A stretch of DNA of 24,000 nt from Rhodohalobacter sulfatireducens (GTDB taxonomy: Bacteria > Bacteroidota > Rhodothermia > Balneolales > Balneolaceae): positions 6,916 to 30,915 of the forward strand of contig NZ_JAKLWS010000042.1 of assembly GCF_022012475.1 (NCBI RefSeq), given 5' to 3'. This document shows, piece by piece, positions 9,194-17,263 of the stretch (positions within the stretch are counted from its first letter, which is position 1; each line of letters starts with the position of its first letter). The position numbers and the translations under genes were made by a program. The notes below the pieces were generated by a model that did not search any database, was not told where the DNA came from, and was given only the letters and a program-made list of their open reading frames with translations.

Positions 9194-9236
9194 GTTTATG
9201 TCCTCCGGGTAAGTTGGTTTGATAAAGAGATCGGAT

Positions 9237-10238
9237 TTAAAATACAATTTGTGCAAGTGCTATAAAGAGCGGAATTCCCACGGCGATAGCAATCGGTGTT
9301 CCCACACTGGTGGAAGCGCCAATGTAGGCCGATGGATTCGCAGAGGGAATGCCGGCCCGCAGTGTAGGCGGTCCCGAGATGTCGGAGTTGGACGATGCGA
9401 TTACAGCCAGAATCACCACGCCTCCCGCACTGAATCCAACCAGAAGGTGGGCGATGTATCCCAAGCCAAATGCGATGAGCCCATGCATTAAAGGAGCCAG
9501 GGCGGCATAGACGGCATACCAGTGAGCAACACTTCGCAGCTCCTTGATCCGGTCATATGCCTCCATTCCCATAATCAGCATAAGGATTGAAAGAAAGCCC
9601 CGGAATAACGGATCGTAAAAGGAGTGCAGCACAGAGTCTGAATTGGTCAGAAGTCCGAGGGCTAATCCGAGCAACAATGCGGACAAGGCAGATCCTCTCA
9701 AACTCTCCTTGATGATATTCCACACATTGACGTCGGTATCCTCCCCTTTTTCCTGCTTTTTCAGGTGAATGTTCGCCACCACAATGGCAAGTATCAGGGC
9801 CGGGATATCCATAAAGGGGTACAGAGCCGGTGCCCATGCTTCAAAGGGGATAGATTCCTCTTCAAGCACCACAATGGCAACAGCCAGCGTTGATGCACTT
9901 ACTGCCCCAAAGAGTCCGGCCGTTGCAATTCCGTCCTCTTTGTCAACCCCGGGCAGGATTGAAAAAACAGTGATACCGATCCTTACAGTCAGCAAACCGA
10001 TTAAGATCGACAGGAAGGCCGGAAGTGCCATTTCCAGCAGGTTTGCTTCCCGGATCTCGATGCCGCCCTCCAGCCCTATCTTCATGAGCAACATAAAGAC
10101 GATAAACTGATAGATGGCATTGGGTATTTTTAGCTTACTTCCAAGTGCAGCGACCAGCATCCCGCCAATCAGGAACCCCAGTGTGGGTGATTGAAATTGT
10201 ACCAGGAATCGAATAAAAAAATCCGCAATAAAGTCCAT
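9237..10238 (-). CDS. sbtA: Sodium-dependent bicarbonate transporter family permease SbtA
   Basis: 333-aa polytopic membrane protein. 'QSPTLGFLIGGM', 'GLFGAVSASTLA', 'YPFMDIPALILAIVVANI', 'FYDPLFRGFLSILMLIMGMEA' and 'SDISGPPTLRAGIPSANPSAYIGASTSVGTPIAI' are near-identical to conserved blocks of Synechocystis SbtA as I recall it. Confidence 0.85.
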   Translation of the reverse strand: MDFIADFFIRFLVQFQSPTLGFLIGGMLVAALGSKLKIPNAIYQFIVFMLLMKIGLEGGIEIREANLLEMALPAFLSILIGLLTVRIGITVFSILPGVDKEDGIATAGLFGAVSASTLAVAIVVLEEESIPFEAWAPALYPFMDIPALILAIVVANIHLKKQEKGEDTDVNVWNIIKESLRGSALSALLLGLALGLLTNSDSVLHSFYDPLFRGFLSILMLIMGMEAYDRIKELRSVAHWYAVYAALAPLMHGLIAFGLGYIAHLLVGFSAGGVVILAVIASSNSDISGPPTLRAGIPSANPSAYIGASTSVGTPIAIAVGIPLFIALAQIVF

Positions 10239-10859
10239 TTAAATGATCTGCGAGTTTTAAAGTTTCGTGGCATCGTACTGTCTATGATATCATCACAAAA
10301 ACCACGTTTTTTAATGCGGGCATAAACTAACATCTAAGATGTATAAATAAACTTTAATTATTTTTATATAGACCATAAACAATACTATATACTTTGGGTT
10401 AGGTCTGATATGGAACATCTCTATATGCAAAGGCCGATTCCGTAAACCGTGCGAGTATTGTCTTTTATTTAATCCCCTGATTCAAACTGTTTCGATACGT
10501 GATGTGTGAAGTGCGAGTTTTATTGAAGTCATTGGTTGAGTGACTCAAGCACTGACTATGTTTAGTGCAAAATCAGTTATCATATTCCATTTGTGCTTTT
10601 TTGATATGCGATTGTAGATATGCAATCTCTGATCTATTTTATCCTCCACAGCAGTTCTCAATTCATAACCCTGCATGCCAATAAACGGCAACAAAAACAG
10701 CAAAGCGCAAATTATTTTTTCTGTTTTCGTGCTTTCGTGGCCTGTTTCATCAGGCCAGATCCTATTGCATAATTCACATCAATTTTGTTAAAAACTATTG
10801 GCATGCATAGATTTCTTGCATCAAAAAAGAAATAGATCTGTCAATCTAAACTCTCCGTA

Positions 10860-11177
10860 ATGAAACCAACCAAACGGGACTGGAAAATCTTTCGTGATAT
10901 GCTGCCGGAACTGCGAGAACGTTATCTCGCCGAACGCAACCAAACATTTATCACTCTTTTGAAAAGCGATGAACGAACACCAACGGAGCAGTTCTGGGAT
11001 ACGCTGGAGGCCATGAAGAAAGAAGCAAAAATACTGCAAGACTGCCTGAATGGATACACAAAATCCAACATGGATATGCGAATCCTGCTGATGCTCCGCC
11101 ACGGCCTCATGAAAGAGGAGGATCTGGATGGGTTTAGTGAAGAGCTGCGGGAATGGGTACGAAAAGTAAGACAGTAA
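10860..11177 (+). CDS. Hypothetical protein (helical; has a decayed paralog at 5547-5690)
   Basis: 105-aa ORF with an ATG start. I recognise no family. A paralogous fragment elsewhere in the window supports it being a real gene family. Confidence 0.5.
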   Translation: MKPTKRDWKIFRDMLPELRERYLAERNQTFITLLKSDERTPTEQFWDTLEAMKKEAKILQDCLNGYTKSNMDMRILLMLRHGLMKEEDLDGFSEELREWVRKVRQ

Positions 11178-11282
11178 AAAGAATCGAGGGTATTGTGAAG
11201 ATATGCAATATGCGATCTCTGATCTTTTTTACTTCACACTCACCGGGAGATTAAGGAATACCAATAACCGTATTCAAATTTT

Positions 11283-11309
11283 ATTAAAAAGACAGCCAAT
11301 ATTCGGCTG
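11283..11309 (-). terminator. Putative intrinsic terminator after the last gene of the island's minus-strand block
   Basis: The minus strand reads cagccgaatattggctg (5-bp GC stem, 11293-11309) followed by tcttttt. It lies about 40 nt downstream of the stop at 11348. Confidence 0.45.
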
Positions 11310-11347
11310 CCTACTAATTTAATAATCACTTTAAAATTTCAGATCTA

Positions 11348-11800
11348 TCAGTTCTCCTGATAGATCTTAAGCAACTCTTTGCGTTTATAAAGCCGTTCAC
11401 CAATGTGAACTTTTGAACTCCCAAATGTTGCAGAAGCTTGTGCAATAAGTTTTTTCTCGTTTTCTGAGAGATTATTTTCCAGACGAACTGAACCTGCAGA
11501 TCCCTGATCTTTATACATAAGCAAAAGAACCTGTCGAACTTCATTTATGAAATTAAAGGCCCGGCAGTGCAAGAAAATATTGAGGACCAGGTCCGGTTCT
11601 GGAGAATCGCTGATTCGCTTTGGAAATGTGGCCAAAATGGTGACCTGTCCGTTTTTAACCTCTGCCACTTCAGCCCAAATCCCTTTAAACATGGCAATCC
11701 ATTTAATACCTGCCTGGGTAAAGGAATGATTAAGTTCTTTTAGCTCTTCGGCATTGAGCGTTATGTTGTATTTGCTTTTTTGATCGTTATTTGATTGCAT
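11348..11800 (-). CDS. Hypothetical protein (island-borne, unassigned)
   Basis: The ORF track gives 11348-11992 from a TTG. I prefer the first ATG (11798-11800; MQSNNDQKSKYNITL...), which gives 150 aa. I recognise no motif. Its AT-rich composition matches the island. Confidence 0.45.
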   Translation of the reverse strand: MQSNNDQKSKYNITLNAEELKELNHSFTQAGIKWIAMFKGIWAEVAEVKNGQVTILATFPKRISDSPEPDLVLNIFLHCRAFNFINEVRQVLLLMYKDQGSAGSVRLENNLSENEKKLIAQASATFGSSKVHIGERLYKRKELLKIYQEN

Positions 11801-12175
11801 AAGATGTAACGTTTTATGAAGATTTTGGTTCGTTACATCAAGACAGATAAGATGGGACTCGTATAATTGGATATCGAATCTAACTATCCCACATCGCTGA
11901 AACCACCGTGCCCGAGAAGGCCGGTTGGTAATTCGGCGGTAGACGAATTTCTTGACTTTTTTTGAAGATAAATATTGGTCAGAAATTCTCAACTTGTTTT
12001 AAAGGCTGTATTTTCGACCCTGCCACACTCAATTAGTGTGATTAGGTAATCAATTAATTGGATATGAAGATAACTGGAACTGATAAGTTGCTTCACTAAT
12101 GACTAAAAGCTTTTAAATTGAAAACTGACAGGAAAGAAAATAAATGTGACTAATGATTTATTAGGTACAACGTAT

Positions 12176-13021
12176 TCAAAAGTTCGGAAATCTATTATTT
12201 TTAATCTTCTTCTTTAATTCTTCAATTGTGTAAGGAGGTTTTTTTTTGTGGAGCATTGCATGACAGTTGGGACAAACAGGTACAAGATCTTTTTTGGGAT
12301 CTACGAAATATGTACCATCTATTTCTGACAAGGGTATTTTGTGATGCACATGAATGAAACCTTCTCCTATTTTGCCATAGATTTCTCCAAAATTCAAGGA
12401 ACATACCTTGCAGGTTGTACCATAAAGTTCAATGCATGCTGCTCGATTAATATTGCTCCGTTCATATCTTGTATTTGTAACTATATATGCCTCTCCTTCC
12501 TCCTCTACTGAATATCTATTTTCATTATCAATGGGCTCAAGAGGTAATAAAGAAATGCATAGACCAAAAAAAGAAATAACCCAAGGAAATACTTTTTCAA
12601 AGTCTTGATCAATTTCCTCTCCAAAAATAATCTGCCCCTTTCGCATTGAGATATCAATACTATTCCAGTTTATAGGCCATTGACTCGGCTCATTTGGTTT
12701 ATAAGATTGTTTATTTATTTGAAGATTTAAATCAGCTCCTTTCTCCAACAAGGATTCAGCGAAAACTTTGAAAGCAGCGCGCTGATTCTGATTAGAAGCC
12801 TCCATGGCGTTTACCAAATCTCTCGCAAAACTGCCCGGAACAAACTTGATTTCAACACTCCTCCACTTTAATTTTGTGAGGATTTTGAAACCAACCGTTC
12901 TTGCAAGATCTGATGGCCTAACAGTAATCGTTCTGTTGCCATGAAAACTTTCTATATTAACTGAAACATCAATACCGAATCGTTCTCTAAGTATTGATGA
13001 AGCATTATTTTCAGTAAGCAT
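12176..13021 (-). CDS. HNH endonuclease with an unassigned ~190-aa N-terminal domain
   Basis: The C-terminus is 'CKVCSLNFGEIYGKIGEGFIHVHHKIPLSEIDGTYFVDPKKDLVPVCPNCHAMLH' (CxxC...HH...CxxCH, a McrA-type zinc HNH). Its ATG (13019-13021) lies 1 nt after the upstream gene's TAG (13023-13025). Confidence 0.85.
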   Translation of the reverse strand: MLTENNASSILRERFGIDVSVNIESFHGNRTITVRPSDLARTVGFKILTKLKWRSVEIKFVPGSFARDLVNAMEASNQNQRAAFKVFAESLLEKGADLNLQINKQSYKPNEPSQWPINWNSIDISMRKGQIIFGEEIDQDFEKVFPWVISFFGLCISLLPLEPIDNENRYSVEEEGEAYIVTNTRYERSNINRAACIELYGTTCKVCSLNFGEIYGKIGEGFIHVHHKIPLSEIDGTYFVDPKKDLVPVCPNCHAMLHKKKPPYTIEELKKKIKNNRFPNF

Positions 13022-13022
13022 C

Positions 13023-14621
13023 CTATTCTTCTTCTAAAACTGGTTCAGGCAGATCTTCAACAAGTTTTCGCAGAATTCTTGAAACCTCGAATCTTAAATC
13101 CTGCATATGGTTTTTGGTTGTTTCACTCATTGTACGAAGCTCAGCTTCGATTAAAGACCAGAGCAAGGAATCCATACCCTGTATCAAGACTCCTGATGAA
13201 AGGTTAGGCACATAAACCTTACTGTAATAAGGATGGCCTGTATTAATTAAGACAGCTCGATTTCCATCTACAAGGGCCGGCTTCCAAAGCAAGCCATCAA
13301 CAATGCTTTCGACTGGCTTGACAAATACTTGGCCCGGCTTAACCGATGACTCTATATCCAATTTAATACTCACTTTGCCAGATTTATTGGTAACCTCTAC
13401 ATCATTCTGTTCCTCATCAACAACATCAATTTCAGCTCCTTTCAGATCCTTTTCCTTGCCTGAAATATTCCTGTTTGACTCATCATGAGCATCTTCCGAT
13501 TCTTCTTGGACTTTTTTCTTCTTGCCGGTCCTATATCTGTCATTAGCAGCAGTTCTAGGTGCAGGAAGAAATCTTTCGTGTACGAACTTGTAAAGTTCTT
13601 CATTTAGAATTATTTGAGATTTTTTTATATCAACCTGAAATGCCTCATCCAATTCATGATTAAATGAGAACTCAATTCTAAGAAGAGAGTAGTGAGGTTC
13701 CTTAGTGTACATTCCCAGCCAATCTGCAGGATGTATCAATCTGTTTTCTCTGTAAATGTAAATGCCTTGATTATCATTATTTATCTTGGCGCTCTCAGCA
13801 GCTTCCTCAGTACTGAAATTTTCATTGCGTGGTAGTACGAATGCCCGAATCTGAAACTCAGTTTCTGTTCCATCCCCAACCTCTACTTTGATACTCTCAT
13901 CAGCCACCATTTCAGTTTGTGGTTCTGATTCAAAAAATGGATTCCAAGGATCTATAGGTTTACCATTTAGATTCATCTCTATATTCCTTGCACGATCATC
14001 TTCAGGATCTAGAAATCGTTGATAAATCATTCCAGCATGTTCACGAAAACTCTTTACTCGTTTGTCCAAAGCTCTTTGCTCATATTTCCCCCCCGGAGTC
14101 GCATATTCTTTCAACAGTCTGTCAATAGTACCCCATATTACAAGAGTGCCTGATGAATTCTCAGCAGTTTTCTCAAGGTACTTTTTTTCAAAATTAGTTG
14201 GGCTCTCCAATAACAGCTCCCACTCAGCAACTTTCACCACGTGGTCAAGATCCCATGTAGCTTTTAGTGGTTCAACATCTGCGGAATGTCTAGTAATAAC
14301 AGATAATCTCCTGCAATAGGCAGTTGATGCAGTTTTTAGCCCGAGGCCAAATTTCCCCAATCTCTTGGGGTTGTTATCACCTTTGGAGCCATATGTCATA
14401 CCATCTTTCAAAGTTGTTTTATCCATTCCACAACCATTATCTGCCACCATGATTAATTTATCCCCGTCTCCGTCCATCTTGATGTAAATATCAATCTTGG
14501 TCGCATTTGCATCTACTGAGTTATCTACAATATCTGCCAATGCTGTATTGAAATCATAGCCCGTATCTCTTAATCCCTCCATTAATTTACTTGGATTGGG
14601 AGGTAAATTTACTTTATCCAT
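13023..14621 (-). CDS. MORC-like GHKL ATPase (HATPase_c_3-type)
   Basis: The Bergerat-fold motifs are present: 'ALADIVDNSVDANA' (N box), 'VADNGCGMD' (G1) and 'GKFGLGLKTAS' (G2). The MORC-type 'GIYIYRENRLIHPADW' lies downstream. The C-terminal half is long and charged. Confidence 0.8.
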   Translation of the reverse strand: MDKVNLPPNPSKLMEGLRDTGYDFNTALADIVDNSVDANATKIDIYIKMDGDGDKLIMVADNGCGMDKTTLKDGMTYGSKGDNNPKRLGKFGLGLKTASTAYCRRLSVITRHSADVEPLKATWDLDHVVKVAEWELLLESPTNFEKKYLEKTAENSSGTLVIWGTIDRLLKEYATPGGKYEQRALDKRVKSFREHAGMIYQRFLDPEDDRARNIEMNLNGKPIDPWNPFFESEPQTEMVADESIKVEVGDGTETEFQIRAFVLPRNENFSTEEAAESAKINNDNQGIYIYRENRLIHPADWLGMYTKEPHYSLLRIEFSFNHELDEAFQVDIKKSQIILNEELYKFVHERFLPAPRTAANDRYRTGKKKKVQEESEDAHDESNRNISGKEKDLKGAEIDVVDEEQNDVEVTNKSGKVSIKLDIESSVKPGQVFVKPVESIVDGLLWKPALVDGNRAVLINTGHPYYSKVYVPNLSSGVLIQGMDSLLWSLIEAELRTMSETTKNHMQDLRFEVSRILRKLVEDLPEPVLEEE

Positions 14622-14640
14622 AAGTCATCAGATTTTAGAA

Positions 14641-15066
14641 TTAAATATTAATTACTTTCCAGGAACTACCGAGCTTTAATTTTCCATTTTTGTCTGTTGA
14701 TATTTTATTCTGTTTCTCTAACTCGATTGAATAGATAGCATTATCATCTCGTTTCAATATTAGTTCATCACCTGCCTTTAGGCTGTGTTTTCTCATAAAT
14801 TTGGTCATTCCAGTTAATCGATACTCATTTCTGGTACCACCAAAAAATATATTGTTATAGTAAATATAATTGAATGTCCATTTTTCATTCATTGGATCTG
14901 CAAATTTGATTGAATGACGTGGATTCTTGGTTTCTTTGGTTAAAGAAGGAAAGAAGCTCAATATCTCCTGCTGCTTTGGTACATGAATACCTGCTTGATG
15001 AGCACCAGTTTCACCGGTATCATTTTTTGTCAATTCTTTACTTATAGATTTTGTTCTTTTTATCAT
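14641..15066 (-). CDS. Stand-alone EcoRII-N-terminal-like (B3-like pseudobarrel) DNA-binding domain protein
   Basis: The 141-aa protein aligns with the N-terminus of the EcoRII-like enzyme in this window. Compare 'LTKNDTGETGAHQAGIHVPK..FFPSL....KNP...IYYNNIFFGGTRNEYRLT' with 'LSGNDTLANGSHQAGPYVPK..VFPSL....KNP...IWYNNKFHGGTRNEARLT'. Confidence 0.8.
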   Translation of the reverse strand: MIKRTKSISKELTKNDTGETGAHQAGIHVPKQQEILSFFPSLTKETKNPRHSIKFADPMNEKWTFNYIYYNNIFFGGTRNEYRLTGMTKFMRKHSLKAGDELILKRDDNAIYSIELEKQNKISTDKNGKLKLGSSWKVINI

Positions 15067-15081
15067 AGTTATACGAATTTC

Positions 15082-17037
15082 TTAATTACTTAGAATTGGT
15101 GATTTTTTCAAAGATTTTCTAATATCTGCCAGATCCTCATCCTCGCCTTCAGTTCCAATTATGGCCTCTTCTGATAGCTCTCTTTTTCTTGACAATCTTT
15201 CATTAATCACTTCTTCAACTGTATTGGGATGATAGAGCCTGTGTACAGTAACGGGTCTTCTTTGTCCCAACCTGTGAACTCTGGCTGTGGCTTGATCTTC
15301 AACAGCTGGATTCCATTCAAGATTGTAATGAATGACATGATTTGCACTTGTAATATTTAAGCCAGTACCAGCAGCTTTGGGATTCAATACCAACAAAGAA
15401 GCACCCTCTCTTTCACTAAAAGCATCAACAATTTTCTGCCTTTCTTTAACAGGAATCCGCCCATCAATTTGATAACTTTTCATACCAAAATACCGAGACA
15501 GATAATCCGAAATAATATCAGACATGTTAAGGTATGAAGTAAACACCACACACTTTTCTTCATTGGACTTGATTTCGTCCATTAATTCCATAAGGCGTAA
15601 GAATTTAGTACTAGTAAAGGCAGGGTCACCATCAATGCTCTCATCAAGTAATTTGGGATGGGCACAAAATTGCCTGAGTTTGACTATTGATACCAAACTC
15701 GCATTGGCCTCATATTTCCTTTCAATCTCCAGCCTAATTTCTTCATATTTCCGACTTGCTTCATCAGAAAGGGGTATTGGTTGAGGAATAATAATTTTTT
15801 CAGGCAAATTGTTGGCTACTTCAGGTATGGTTCTTCTTAGGATAAAAGGAGAAACTATCTGTTCAACTCTTTTTGCATCCTCAATCGAATCTTGATAATT
15901 AGTCTCAAAATATTCTCTATCCCCAAGAAATCCTTTATTGCAAAAATCCATTATTGACCATAGATCAGTCAATGAATTTTCTACAGGTGTACCAGTAACT
16001 GCTATGTATACATCACTATCCAGTTTTTTTAAAATATTAGCTCTTTGGGTCTCTGGATTTTTTATTGCCTGGGCTTCATCTATGACAAAAAAGGACCAGT
16101 TTATCATGTTCAACATCGAATAATCTCTAACAGCAGTATCATAAGAGCTTATGACGATATCATACTCTTTGATGTATGAAGGAAATCCAGTGCGATCTGA
16201 TCCTATGTGGATTAAGATCTTTAGATCAGGAGCAAATTTTTTAATCTCTCTTCGCCAGTTCTCCAACAATGTTGCTGGAGCTATAACCAATGTTGGTGAA
16301 GGCATTTCCCTGTTGTTCAATAGAACTAATGCAATAATTTGAATAGTCTTTCCCAGTCCCATTTCATCTGCTAAAATACAACCCAGACGCTCTTGTGCTA
16401 TCATATTCAGCCAAAAAACACCAGTACGCTGGTAATCATAAAGTGTAGCCTCGAATCCGTTCTCGTCAAGTTTGGCTTGAACATCTAAATTCTGATCGAT
16501 TAAATCTTCTTTATCGAGAATTGCATCTTCAGATGTGATCTCTACGTATTCGGGTGCCCCCTTGGCTATCTCTATACATTTTGACAGGTTTATTGGCCCT
16601 GAAGATTCAAGCTCAAAGTCCTCAAATAGGGAATGGATTTGATCCATTTCAGACTTGAGTATTGGGTACCACTGAGAATCCAGGATAAGCTGATCTGAAT
16701 CGGGGAGTTTTTTTAGGTCTACTCTTATGTTTTCACCAACCGCTTTTAGTAATAAATGTGGTTTGACTTTCTTTGTCTCAGGAATTAAAAGCTTAACTTC
16801 AATAGAAAGGGGAAAACGGTGAAATTTTAGGTTTTTGAGTTCAATAGATGGTTTATTTCTTATGTTGGTCCCATGAATCTCCTTTTTATCTTTGTACTCA
16901 ACCTTTACTATATCTGATGAATTTATTTTAATTAATTGTCCTGAGTCAACAAATACAACCTCCCCATTTTTAATTTGCCACTGATTGGTATTTGACACTT
17001 CAGTTCTATTCCGAGCATCTTGGTTAAGAGATTTCAT
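15082..17037 (-). CDS. SNF2-family (SF2) helicase/translocase with an unassigned ~190-aa N-terminal region
   Basis: It has 'LYDYQRTGVFWL', 'LADEMGLGKT' (motif I), 'FVIDEAQAIKN' (motif II) and 'VTGTPVEN'. The C-terminal lobe has 'LLVLNPKAAGTGLNITSANHVIHYNLEWNPAVEDQATARVHRLGQ'. Confidence 0.9.
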   Translation of the reverse strand: MKSLNQDARNRTEVSNTNQWQIKNGEVVFVDSGQLIKINSSDIVKVEYKDKKEIHGTNIRNKPSIELKNLKFHRFPLSIEVKLLIPETKKVKPHLLLKAVGENIRVDLKKLPDSDQLILDSQWYPILKSEMDQIHSLFEDFELESSGPINLSKCIEIAKGAPEYVEITSEDAILDKEDLIDQNLDVQAKLDENGFEATLYDYQRTGVFWLNMIAQERLGCILADEMGLGKTIQIIALVLLNNREMPSPTLVIAPATLLENWRREIKKFAPDLKILIHIGSDRTGFPSYIKEYDIVISSYDTAVRDYSMLNMINWSFFVIDEAQAIKNPETQRANILKKLDSDVYIAVTGTPVENSLTDLWSIMDFCNKGFLGDREYFETNYQDSIEDAKRVEQIVSPFILRRTIPEVANNLPEKIIIPQPIPLSDEASRKYEEIRLEIERKYEANASLVSIVKLRQFCAHPKLLDESIDGDPAFTSTKFLRLMELMDEIKSNEEKCVVFTSYLNMSDIISDYLSRYFGMKSYQIDGRIPVKERQKIVDAFSEREGASLLVLNPKAAGTGLNITSANHVIHYNLEWNPAVEDQATARVHRLGQRRPVTVHRLYHPNTVEEVINERLSRKRELSEEAIIGTEGEDEDLADIRKSLKKSPILSN

Positions 17038-17263
17038 GATTTGTACTATCTCAAGTAGAATTAATTGCAGGCATACCTATAAAAACCTATTTAAAGATTT
17101 TTTGCAAAACATCTGCATTAATTTGACTATAAGAAAATTATATACTTGGTTTTTTCCCGCATCATTACTGTAAAATTTCGTTACTTAAAAAGACAGATAT
17201 GCATTATTTTTAAAGAAAATAAAAAGTATTTCAGGTCTTTTATAGTTTTTTTAAAAACTCTTC

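Noticed and set aside
9219-10110. ORFs 9219-9491, 9553-9837 and 9769-10110 overlapping sbtA
   Set aside because: They are antisense or out of frame relative to a very well supported membrane-protein gene, and their translations are low-complexity.
10738-10757. Perfect 7-bp-stem hairpin tggcctg-tttcat-caggcca as a terminator
   Set aside because: No T-run follows it on either strand. It lies in a divergent promoter region, not at a gene's 3' end.
12176-17037. Classifying the four-gene operon as DISARM, Zorya, BREX, Druantia, McrBC or Type I/III R-M
   Set aside because: The hallmark genes are absent:
- no DUF1998/DrmA/PLD
- no ZorAB motor
- no PglX/PglZ
- no DruE-like giant helicase
- no McrB AAA+ GTPase
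- no HsdS/HsdM or Mod

Sharing an SNF2 helicase alone is not diagnostic. I could not run DefenseFinder/PADLOC, so a match to a less familiar named system is still possible.
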